Shown here in pieces: positions 1 through 12,077 of a DNA stretch of 27,379 nucleotides. The notes beneath the pieces are model-generated. The model did no database searches, had not been told where the DNA came from, and worked only from the letters and a program-made list of their open reading frames with translations. Position numbers and translations under genes: made by a program. The first letter of the stretch is position 1. Every line of letters begins with the position of its first letter. The stretch is from Azolla caroliniana (Eukaryota; Plantae; Polypodiophyta). The stretch is from positions 1 through 27,379 of the forward strand of contig JBHGNT010000412.1 in NCBI GenBank assembly GCA_043228905.1. The letters run 5' to 3'.

Positions 1-479
1 AGCGTTGTTAGCTTCGAATCGCATGTTTGAACACAAAAATCCGATATCACACGAGCCAGGTATGAACATTTTAATTTACTCAAGGGCTCCTCTCAACTCA
101 GTCCTCAAATTTGGTAATTTCGTCATGTCTCTAGACGTGAGTTTCAAAATCTTGATTTTTTAATTCCATATCATAGCTAGCGTTGTTAGCTTCGAATCGC
201 ATGATTGAACGCAAAAATCCGATATCACACGAGCGAGGTATGAACATTTTCATTTACCTACTAGCTCTTCTCAACTCACTCCTCATGTTTGGTAATTTCG
301 TCATGTCTCTCGACCTGAGTTTCAAAATCTTGATTTTTTAATTCCATATCATAGCTAGCGTTGTTAGCTTCGAATCGCATGTTTGAACACAAAAATCCGA
401 TATCACACGAGCCAGGTATGAACATTTTCATTTACCTACTAGCTCTTCTCAACGCACTCCTCAAATTTGGCAATTTCGT

Positions 480-2000
480 CATGTCTCTAGACGTGAGTTT
501 CAAAATCTTGATTTTTTAATTCCATATCATAGCTACCGTTGTTAGCTTCGTTTCACATGTTTGAACACAAAAATCCGATATTACACGAGCCAGGTATGAA
601 CATTTTCATTTACCTACTAGCTCTCCTCAACTCACTCCTCATGTTTGGTAATTTCGTCATGTCTCTCGACCTGAGTTTCAAAATCTTGATTTTTTAATTC
701 CATATCATAGCTAGCGTTCTTCGCTTCGATTCACATGTTTGAATACAAAAATCCGATATCCCACGAGCCAGGTATGAACATTCTAATTTACTCAAGGGCT
801 CTTCTCAACTCACTCCTCAAATTTGGTAATTTCGTCATGTCTCTCGACCTGAGTTTCAAAATCTTGATTTTTTAATTCCATATCATAGCTAGCGTTGTTA
901 GCTTCGAATCGCATGTTGGAACACAAAAATCGGATTTCACACGAGCCAGGTATGAACATTTTCATTTACTCAAGGGCTCCTGTCAACTCACTACTCCTGT
1001 TTGTTAATTTCGTCATGTCTCTCGACCTGAGAGTCAAAATTTTGATTTTTTAATTCCATATCATAGCTAGCGTTGTTAGCTTCGAATCGCATGTTTGAAC
1101 ACAAAAATCCGATATCACACGAGCTAGGTATGAACATTTTCATTTACTCAAGGGCTCCTCTCAACTCACTACTCAAATTTGGTAATTTCATCATGTCTCT
1201 CGACCTGAGTTTCAAAATCTTGATTTTTTAATTCCATATCATAGCTAGCGTTGTTAGCTTCGTTTCGCATGTTTGAACACAAAAATCCGATATTACACGA
1301 GACAGGTATGAACATTTTCATTTACCTACTAGCTCTCCTCAACTCACTCCTCAAATTTGGTAATTTCCTCATGTCTCTAGACGTGAGTTTCAAAATCTTG
1401 ATTTTTTAATTCCATATCATAGCTACCGTTGTTAGCTTCGTTTCACATGTTTGAACACAAAAATCCGATATTACACGAGCCAGGTATGAACATTTTCATT
1501 TACCTACTAGCTCTCCTCAACTCACTCCTCATGTTTGGTAATTTCGTCATGTCTCTCGACCTGAGTTTCAAAATCTTGATTTTATAATTCCATATCATAG
1601 CTAGCGTTGTTCGCTTCGATTCACATGTTTGAATACAAAAATCCGATATCCCACGAGCCAGGTATGAACATTCTAATTTACTCAAGGGCTCTTCTCAACT
1701 CACTCCTCAAATTTGGTAATTTCGTCATGTCTCTAAACATGAGTTTCAAAATCTTGATTTTTTAATTCCATATCATAGCTAGCGTTGTTAGCTTCGAATC
1801 GCATGTTGGAACACAAAAATCGGATTTCACACGAGCCAGGTATGAACATTTTCATTTACTCAAGGGCTCCTCTCAACTCACTACTCATGTTTGTTAATTT
1901 CGTCATGTCTCTCGACCTGAGAGTCAAAATTTTGATTTTTTAATTCCATATCATAACTAGCGTTGTTAGCTTCGAATCGCATGTTTGAACACAAAAATCC
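480..2000. repeat. Block duplication with 5-monomer (890-bp) offset: about 480-1110 copied at about 1370-2000
   Basis: Rare variants occur in the same order in both copies: CTAGACGTG, ACCGTT..TTTCACATG (535/1425), TCGCTTCG..GAATAC..TTCTAATT (713/1603), GTTGGA..CGGATTTC..GAGTCAAAATTTT (891/1781). Confidence 0.85.
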
Positions 2001-3560
2001 GATATCACACGAGCCAGGTATGAACATTTTCATTTACTCAAGGGCTCCTCTCAACTCACTACTCATGTATGTTAATTTCGTCATGTCTCTCGACCTGAGG
2101 TTGAAAATCTTGATTTTTTAATTCCATATCATAGCTACCGTTGTTAGCTTCGAATCACATGTTTGAACACAAAAATCCGATATCACACGAGCCAGGTATG
2201 AACATTTTCATTTACCTACTAGCTCTCCTCAACTCACTCCTCAAATTTGGTAATTTCGTCATGTCTCTCGACCTGAGTTTCAAAATCTTGATTTTTTAAT
2301 TCCATATCATAGCTAGCGTTGTTAGCTTCGAATCACATGTTTGAACACAAAAATCCGATATCACACGAGCCAGGTATGAACTTTTTCATTTACTCAAGGG
2401 CTTCTCGCAACTCACTACTCAAACTTGGTAATTTCGTCATGTCTCTCGACCTGAGTTTGAAAATCTTGATTTTTTGATTCCATATCATAGCTAGCGTTGT
2501 TAGCTTCGATTCGCATGTTTGAACACAAAAATCCGATATCACACGAGCCAGGTATGAACATTTTCATTTACCTACTAGCTCTTCTCAACTCACTCCTCAA
2601 ATTGGGTAATTTCGACATGTCTCTCAACCTGAGTTTCAAAATCTTGATTTTTTAATTCCATATCATAGCTAGCGTTGTTAGCTTCGAATCGCATGTTTGA
2701 ACACAAAAATCCGATATCCCACGAGCCAGGTATGAACATTTTAATTTACTCAAGGGCTCCTCTCAACTCAGTCCTCAAATTTGGTAATTTCGTCATGTCT
2801 CTAGACGTGAGTTTCAAAATCTTGATTTTTTAATTCCATATCATAGCTAGCGTTGTTAGCTTCGAATCGCATGATTGAACGCAAAAATCCGATATCACAC
2901 GAGCGAGGTATGAACATTTTCATTTACCTACTAGCTCTTCTCAACTCACTCCTCAAATTTGGTAATTTCATCATGCCTCTCGACCTGAGTTTCAAAATCT
3001 TGATTTTTTAATTCCATATCATAGCTAGCGTTGTTAGCTTCGAATCCCATGTTTGAACACAAAAATCCGATATCACACGAGCCAGGTATAAACATTTTCA
3101 TTTACTCAAAGGCTTCTCTCAACTCACTACTCAAATTTGGTAATTACGTCATGTCTCTCGACCTGAGTTTCAAAATCTTGATTTTTTAAATCCATATTAT
3201 AGCTAGCGTTGTTAGCTTCGAATCGCATGTTTGAACACAAAAATCCGATATCACACGAGCCAGGTATGAACATTTTCATTTACTCAAGGGCTCCTCTCAA
3301 CTAACTACTCATGTATGTTAATTTCGTCATGTCTCTCGACCTGAGTTTCAAAATCTTGATTTTTTAATTCCATATCATAGCTAGCGTTGTTAGCTTCGAA
3401 TCGCATGTTTGAACACAAAAATCCGATATCACACGAGCCAGGTATGAACATTTTCATTTACTCAAGGGCTCCTCTCAACTCACGACTCATGTTTGCTAAT
3501 TTCGTCATGTCTCTCGACCTGAGGTTGAAAATCTTGATTTTTTAATTCCATATCATAGCT

Positions 3561-5162
3561 ACCGTTGTTAGCTTCGTTTCATATGTTTGAACACAAAAAT
3601 CCGATATTACACGAGCCAGGTATGAACATTTTCATTTACCTACTAGCTCTCCTCAACTCACTCCTCATGTTTGGTAATTTCGTCATGTCTCTCGACCTGA
3701 GTTTCAAAATCTTGATTTTTTAATTCCATATCATAGCTAGCGTTGTTAGCTTCGATTCACATGTTTGAACACAAAAATCCGATATCACACGAGCTAGGTA
3801 TGAACATTTTCATTTACTCAAGGGCTCCTCGCAACTCACTACTCAAATTTGGTAATTTCGTCATGTCTCTCAACCTGAGTTTCAAAATCTTGATTTTTTG
3901 ATTTCATATCATAGCTAGCGTTGTTAGCTTCGAATCGCATGTTTGAACACAAAAATCCGATATCACACGAGCCAGGTATGAACATTTTAATTTACTCAAA
4001 GGTTCCTCTCAACTCACTACTCAAATTTGGTAATTACGTCATGTCTCTCGACCTGAGTTTTAAAATCTTGATTTTTTAATTCCATATCATAGCTAGCATT
4101 GTTAGCTTCGATTCGCATGTTTGAACACAAAAATCCGATATCACACGAGCCAGGTATGAACATTTTCATTTACCTACTAGCTCTCCTCAACTCACTCCTC
4201 ATGTTTGGTAATTTCGTCATGTCTCTCGACCTGAGTTTCAAAATCTTGATTTTTTAATTCCATATCATAGCTAGCGTTGTTAGCTTCGATTCACATGTTT
4301 GAACACAAAAATCCGATATCACACGAGCTAGGTATGAACATTTTCATTTACTCAAGGGCTCCTCGCAACTCACTACTCAAATTTGGTAATTTCGTCATGT
4401 CTCTCAACCTGAGTTTCAAAATCTTGATTTTTTAATTCCATATCATAGCTAGCGTTGTTAGCTTCGATTCACATGTTTGAACACAAAAATCCGATATCAC
4501 ACGAGCCAGGTATGAACATTTTAATTTACTCAAAGGTTCCTCTCAACTCACTACTCAAATTTGGTAATTACGTCATGTCTCTCGACCTGAGTTTCAAAAT
4601 CTTGATTTTTTAATTCCATATCATAGCTAGCGTTGTTAGCTTCGATTCGCATGTTTGAACACAAAAATCCGATATCACACGAGCCAGGTATGAACATTTT
4701 CATTTACCTACTAGCTCTCCTCAACTCACTCCTCATGTTTGGTAATTTCGTCATGTCTCTCGACCTGAGTTTCAAAATCTTGATTTTTTAATTCCATATC
4801 ATAGCTAGCGTTGTTAGCTTCGATTCACATGTTTGAACACAAAAATCCGATATCACTCGAGCTAGGTATGAACATTTTCATTTACTCAAGGGCTCCTCGC
4901 AACTCACTACTCAAATTTGGTAATTTCGTCATGTCTCTCAACCTGAGTTTCTAAATCTTGATTTTTTAATTCCATATCATAGCTAGCGTTGTTAGCTTCG
5001 ATTCACATGTTTGAACACAAAAATCCGATATCACACGAGCTAGATATGAACATTTTAATTTACTCAAGGGCTCCTCTCAACTCACTCCTCAAATTTGGTA
5101 ATTACGTCATGTCTCTCGACCTGAGTTTCAAAATCTTGATTTTTTAATTCCATATCATAGCT
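3561..5162. repeat. 3-monomer (534-bp) higher-order repeat, three copies
   Basis: GAGCTAGG/CTCGCAAC/CTCAACCTG in monomers 3739, 4273, 4807; TAATTACGTC in 3917, 4451, 4985; CTACTAGCTCTCCTC..CATGTTTGGT in 3561, 4095, 4629. Confidence 0.85.
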
Positions 5163-7120
5163 AGCGTTGTTAGCTTCGATTCGCATGTTTAAACACAAAA
5201 ATCCGATATCACACGAGCTAGGTATGGACATTTTCATTTACCTACTAGCTCTTCTCAACTCACTCTTAAAATTTGTTAATTTCGTCATGTCTCTCGACCT
5301 CAGTTTCAAAATCTAGATTTTTTAATTCCATATCATAGCTAGCGTTGTTAGCTTCGATTCGCATGTTTGAACACAAAAATCCGATATCACACGAGCCAGG
5401 TATGAACATTTTTATTTATCCGAGGGCTCCTCTCAACTCACTACTCATGTTTGTTAATTTCGTCATGTCTCTCGACCTGAGTTTCAAAATCTTGATTTTT
5501 TATGTCCATATTATAGCTAGCGTTGTTAGCTTCGAATCGCATGTTTGACCACAAAAATCCGATATCACACGACCCAGGTATGAACAGTTTCATTTACTGA
5601 AGGGCTCCTCTGAACTCACTACTCATGTTTGTTAATTTCGTCATGTCTCTCGACCTGAGTTTCAAAATCTTGAATTTTTAATTCCATCTTATAGCTAGCG
5701 TTGTTAGCTTCGATTCGCATGTTTAAACACAAAAATCCGATATCACACGAGCCAGGTATGGACATTTTCATTTACCTACTAGCTCTTCTCAACTCACTCC
5801 TCAAATTTGTTAATTTCGTCATGTCTCTCGACCTGAGTTTCAAAATCTAGATTTTTTAATTCCATATCATAGCTAGCGTTGTTAGCTTCGACTCGCATGT
5901 TTAAACACAAAAATCCGATATCACACGAGCCAGGTATGGACATTTTCATTTACCTACTAGCTCTTCTCAACTCACTCCTCAAATTATTTAATTTCGTCAT
6001 GTCTCTCGACCTGAGTTTCAAAATCTTGATTTTTTAATTCCATATCATAGCTAGCGTTGTTAGCTTCGAATCGCATGTTTGAACACAAAAATCCGATATC
6101 ACACGAGCCAGGTATGAACATTTTCATTTACTCAAGGGCTCCTCTCAACTCACTACTCATGTTTGTTAATTTCGTCATGTCTCTCGACCTGAGTTTCAAA
6201 ATCTTGATTTTTTAATTCCATATCATAGCTAGCGTTGTTAGCTTCGAATCGTATGTTTGACCACAAAAATCCGATATCACACGACCCAGGTATGAACAGT
6301 TTCATTTACTCAAGGGCTCCTCTGAACTCACTACTCATGTTTGTTAATTTCGTCATGTCTCTCGACCAGAGTTTCAAAATCTTGAATTTTTAATTCCATC
6401 TTATAGCTAGCGTTGTTAGCTTCGATTGGCATGTTTGAACACAAAAATCCGATATCACACGAGCCAGGTATGAACATTTTGATTTACCTACTAGCTCTTC
6501 TCAACTCACTACTCATGTTTGTTAATTTCGTCATGTCTCTCGACCAGAGTTTCAAAATCTTGAATTTTTAATTCCATCTTATAGCTAGCGTTGTTAGCTT
6601 CGATTGGCATGTTTGAACACAAAAGTCCGATATCACACGAGCCAGGTATGAACATTTTCATTTACTCAAGGGCTCCTCTGAACTCACTCCTCAAATTTGG
6701 TAATTTCGTCAAGTCTCTCGACCTGAGTTTCAAAATCTTGATTTTTTAATTCCATATCATAGCTAGCGTTGTTAGCTTCGATTCGCATGTTTAAACACAT
6801 AAATCCGATATCACACGAGCCAGGTATGGACATTTTCATTTACCTAGTAGCTCTTCTCAACTCACTACTCATGTTTGTTAATTTCGTCATGTCTCTCGAC
6901 CTGAGTTTCAAAATCTTGATTTTTTAATTCCATATCATAGCTAGCGTTGTTAGCTTCGAATCGCATATTTGAACACAAAAATCCGATATCACACGAGCCA
7001 GGTATGAACATTTTCATTTACTCAAGGGCTCCTCTCAACTCACTACTGATGTTTGTTAATTTCGTCAAGTCTCTCGACCTGAGTTTCAAAATCTTGATTT
7101 TTTGATTTCATATCATAGCT

Positions 7121-7239
7121 AGCGTTGTTAGCTTCGATTTGCATGTTTGAACACAAAAATCCGATATCACACGAGCCAGGTATCAACATTTTGATTTACT
7201 CAAGGGCTCCTCTCAACTCACTACTCCCATTTTATAGCT
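7121..7239. repeat. Truncated monomer, 119 bp (59-bp deletion)
   Basis: Junction CACTACTC|CCATTTTATAGCT at 7226/7227; the next monomer starts at 7240. Confidence 0.93.
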
Positions 7240-8663
7240 AGCGTTGTTAGCTTCGATTCGCATGTTTGAACAGAAAAATCCGATATCACACGAGCCAGGT
7301 ATGGACAGTTTCATTTACCTAGTAGCTCTTCTCAACTCACCCCTCAAATTTGGTAATTTCGTCATGTCTCTCAACCTGAGTCTCAAAATTTTGAATTTTT
7401 AAGTTCATTTGATAGCTAGCGTTGTTAGCTTCAAATCGCATGTTTGAACACAAAAATCCGATATCACACGAGCCAGGTATGAACATTTTCATTTACTCAA
7501 GGGCTCCGCTCAACTCACTACTCATGTTTGTTAATTTCGTCATGTCTCTCGACCTGAGTTTCAAAATCTTGATTTTTTATTTCTATATCATAGCTAGCGT
7601 TGTTAGCTTCGATTCGCATGTTTAAACAGAAAAATCCGATATCACACGAGCCAGGTATGGACATTTTCATTTACCTAGTAGCTCTTCTCAACTCACTACT
7701 CATGTTTGTTAATTTCGTCATGTTTCTCGACTTGAGTTTCAAAATCTGGATTTTTTAATTCCATATCATAGCTAGCGTTGTTAGCTTCGATTCGCATGTT
7801 TAAACACAAATATCCGATATCACACGAGCCAGGTATGGACATTTTCATTTACCTACTAGCTCTTCTCAACTCACTCCTCAAATTTGTTAATTTCGTCATG
7901 TCTCTCGACCTGAGTTTCAAAATCTAGATTTTTTAATTCCATATCATAGCTAGCGTTGTTATCTTCGATTCGCATGTTTGAACACAAAAATCCGATATCA
8001 CACGAGCCAGGTATGAACATTTTAATTTACTCAAGGGCTCCTCTCAACTCCCTCCTCAAATTTGGTAATTTCGTCATGTCTCTCGACCTGAGTTTCAAAA
8101 TCTTGAATTTTTAATTTCATCTTATAGCTAGCGTTGTTAGCTTCGATTGGCATGTTTGACCACAAAAATCCGATATCACACGAGCCAGGTATGAACATTT
8201 TAATTTACTCAAGGGCTCCTCTCAACTCCCTCCGCAAATTTGGTAATTTCGTCATGTCTCTCGACCTGAGTTTCAAAATCTTGAATTTTTAATTTCATCT
8301 TCTAGCTAGCGTTGTTAGCTTCGAATCACATGTTTGAACACAACAATCCGATATCACACGAGCCAGGTATGAACATTTTCATTTACTGAAGGGCTCCTCT
8401 CAACTCACTACTCATGTTTGTTAATTTCGTCATGTCTCTCGTCCAGAGTTTCAAAATCTTGAATTTTTAATTCCATCTTATAGCTAGCGTTGTTAGCTTC
8501 GATTGGCATGTTTGAACACAAAAATCCGATATCACACGAGCCAGGTATGAACATTTTCAATTACTCAAGGGCTCCTCTGAACTCACTCCTCAAATTTGGT
8601 AATTTCGTCATGTCTCTCGACCTGAGTTTCAAAATCTTGATTTTTTAATTCCATATCATAGCT

Positions 8664-11490
8664 AGCGTTGTTAGCTTCGATTCGCATGTTTAAACACAAA
8701 AAATCCGATATCACACGAGCCAGGTATGGACATTTTCATTTACTCAAGGGCTCCTCTCAACTCCCTCCTCAAATTTGGTAATTTCGTCATGTCTCTCGAC
8801 CTGAGTTTCAAAATCTTGAATTTTTAATTTCATCTTATAGCTAGCGTTGTTAGCTTCGATTCGCATGTTTAAACACAAAAATCCGATATCACACGAGCCA
8901 GGTATGGACATTTTAATTTACCTAGTAGCTCTTCTCAACTCACTACTCATGTTTGTTAATTTCGTCATGTCTCTCCACCTCAGTTTCAAAATCTGGATTT
9001 TTTAATTCCATATCATAGCTAGCGTTGTTAGCTTCGATTCGCATGTTTGAACACAAAAATCCGATATCACACGAGCCAGGTATGAACATTTTGATTTACT
9101 CAAGGGCTCCTCTCAACTCACTTCTCATGTTTGTTAATTTCGTCATGTCTCTCGACCTGAGTCTCAAAATTTTGAATTTTTAAGTTCATTTTATAGCTAG
9201 CGTTGTTAGCTTCGATTCGCATGTTTGAACACAAAAATCCGATATCACACGAGCCAGGTATGAACATTTTCATTTACTCAAGGGCTCCTCTGAACTCACT
9301 CCTCAAATTTGGTAGTTTCGTCATGTCTCTCGACCTGAGTTTCAAAATCTTGATTTTTTAATTCCATATCATAGCTAGCGTTGTTAGCTTCCAATCGCAT
9401 GTTTGACCACAAAAATCCGATATCACACGAGCCAGGTATGAACAGTTTCATTTACTGAAGGGCTCCTCTCAACTCACTACTCATGTTTGTTAATTTCGTC
9501 ATGTCTCTCGACCTGAGTTTTAAAATCTTGAATTTTTAATTCCATATCATAGCTAGCGTTGTTAGCTTCGATTCGCATGTTTGAACACAAAAATCCGATA
9601 TCACACGAGCCAGGTATGAACATTTTCATTTACTCGAGGGCTCCTCTCAACTCACTACTCATGTTTGTTAATTTCGTCATGTCTCTCGACCTGAGTTTCA
9701 AAATCTTGATTTTTTAATTCCATATAATAGCTAGCGTTGTTAGCTTCGAATCGCATGTTTGACCACAAAAATCCGATATCACACGAGCCAGGTATGAACA
9801 GTTTCATTTACCTAGTAGCTCTTCTCAACTCACTACTCATGTTTGTTAATTTCGTCATGTCTCTCGACCTGAGTTTCAAAATCTGGATTTTTTAATTCCA
9901 TATCATAGCTAGCGTTGTTAGCTTCGATTCGCATGTTTGAACACAAAAATCCGATATCACACGAGCCAGGTATGAACATTTTGATTTACTCAAGGGCTCC
10001 TCTCAACTCACTTCTCATGTTTGTTAATTTCGTCATGTCTCTCGACCTGAGTCTCAAAATTTTGAATTTTTAAGTTCATTTTATAGCTAGCGTTGTTAGC
10101 TTCGATTCGCATGTTTAAACACAAAAATCCGATATCACACGAGCCAGGTATGAACATTTTAATTTACCTACTAGCTCTTCTCAACTCACCCCTCAAATTT
10201 GTTAATTTCGTCATGTCTCTCGACCTGAGTTTCAAAATCTTGATTTTTTAATTCCATATCATAGCTAGCGTTGTTAGCTTCGAATCGCATGTTTGAACAC
10301 AAAAATCCGATATCACACGAGCCAGGTATGAACATTTTCATTTACTCAAGGGCTCCTCTCAACTCACTACTCATGTTTGTTAATTTCGTCATGTCTCTCG
10401 ACCTGAGTTTCAAAATCTTGAATTTTTAAGTTCATTTTATAGCTAGCGTTGTTAGCTTCGATTCGCATGTTTGAACACAAAAATCCGATATCACACGAGC
10501 CAGGTATGAACATTTTCATTTACTCAAGGGCTCCTCTCAACTCACTACTCATGTTTGTTAATTTCGTCATGTCTCTCGACCTGAGTTTCAAAATCTTGAT
10601 TTTTTAATTCCATATCATAGCTAGCGTTGTTAGCTTCGATTCGCATGTTTAAACACAAAAAATCCGATATCACACGAGCCAGGTATGGACATTTTCATTT
10701 ACTCAAGGGCTCCTCTCAACTCCCTCCTCAAATTTGGTAATTTCGTCATGTCTCTCGACCTGAGTTTCAAAATCTTGAATTTTTAATTTCATCTTATAGC
10801 TAGCGTTGTTAGCTTCGATTCGCATGTTTAAACACAAAAATCCGATATCACACGAGCCAGGTATGGACATTTTAATTTACCTAGTAGCTCTTCTCAACTC
10901 ACTACTCATGTTTGTTAATTTCGTCATGTCTCTCCACCTCAGTTTCAAAATCTGGATTTTTTAATTCCATATCATAGCTAGCGTTGTTAGCTTCGATTCG
11001 CATGTTTGAACACAAAAATCCGATATCACACGAGCCAGGTATGAACATTTTGATTTACTCAAGGGCTCCTCTCAACTCACTTCTCATGTTTGTTAATTTC
11101 GTCATGTCTCTCGACCTGAGTCTCAAAATTTTGAATTTTTAAGTTCATTTTATAGCTAGCGTTGTTAGCTTCGATTCGCATGTTTGAACACAAAAATCCG
11201 ATATCACACGAGCCAGGTATGAACATTTTCATTTACTCAAGGGCTCCTCTGAACTCACTCCTCAAATTTGGTAGTTTCGTCATGTCTCTCGACCTGAGTT
11301 TCAAAATCTTGATTTTTTAATTCCATATCATAGCTAGCGTTGTTAGCTTCCAATCGCATGTTTGACCACAAAAATCCGATATCACACGAGCCAGGTATGA
11401 ACAGTTTCATTTACTGAAGGGCTCCTCTCAACTCACTACTCATGTTTGTTAATTTCGTCATGTCTCTCGACCTGAGTTTCAAAATCTTGA
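8664..11490. repeat. About 5-monomer block (8664 to about 9530) duplicated at 10623 to about 11490, offset 1959 bp
   Basis: Both copies begin with the only 179-bp monomers in the window (ACACAAAAAATCC, one extra A), followed in order by CTCCACCTCAG, CTTCTCATG, GGTAGTTTCG and TTCCAATCG..GACCAC. Confidence 0.88.
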
Positions 11491-12077
11491 ATTTTTAATT
11501 CCATCTTATAGCTAGCGTTGTTAGCTTCGATTGGCATGTTTGAACACAAAAATCCGATATCACACGAGCCAGGTATGAACATTTTCATTTACTCAAGGGC
11601 TCCTCTCAACTCACTCCTCAAATTTGGTAGTTTCGTCATGTCTCTCGACCTGAGTTTCAAAATCTTGATTTTTTAATTCCATATCATAGCTAGCGTTGTT
11701 AACTTCGAATCGCATGTTTGAACACAAAAATCCGATATCACACGAGCCAGGTATGAACATTTTCATTTACTCGAGGGCTCCTCTCAACTCACTACTGATG
11801 TTTGTTAATTTCGTCATGTCTCTCGACCTGAGTTTCAAAATCTGGATTTTTTAATTCCATATCATAGCTAGCGTTGTTAGCTTCGATTCGCATGTTTGAA
11901 CACAAAAATCCGATATCACACGAGCCAGGTATGGACATTTTCATTTACTCAAGGGCTCCTCTCAACTCACTACTCATGTTTGTTAATTTCGTCATGTCTC
12001 TTGACCTGAGTTTCAAAATCTGGATTTTTTAATTCCATATCATAGCTAGCGTTGTTAGCTTCGAATCGCATGTTTGA

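Noticed and set aside
15-21. CGAATCG versus CGATTCG as a second micro-inversion (the two alleles are reverse complements)
   Set aside because: With a 1-nt loop this cannot be distinguished from an ordinary A/T substitution.
12-135. CENP-B box-like motif at the TTCG sites
   Set aside because: Neither TTCG is followed by the required A..CGGG of NTTCGNNNNANNCGGGN.
1-178. Identity with Arabidopsis CEN178 or primate alpha satellite
   Set aside because: Only the length is similar; I see none of the sequence motifs I recall for those families. A database search is needed for any family assignment.
1-178. 5S rRNA, tRNA or snRNA tandem gene unit
   Set aside because: No recognisable 5S, tRNA cloverleaf or snRNA sequence and no convincing Pol III A/B/C boxes.
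1500-1685. 61-aa minus-strand ORF
   Set aside because: Chance open frame in satellite sequence, with a non-ATG start and no recognisable domain.
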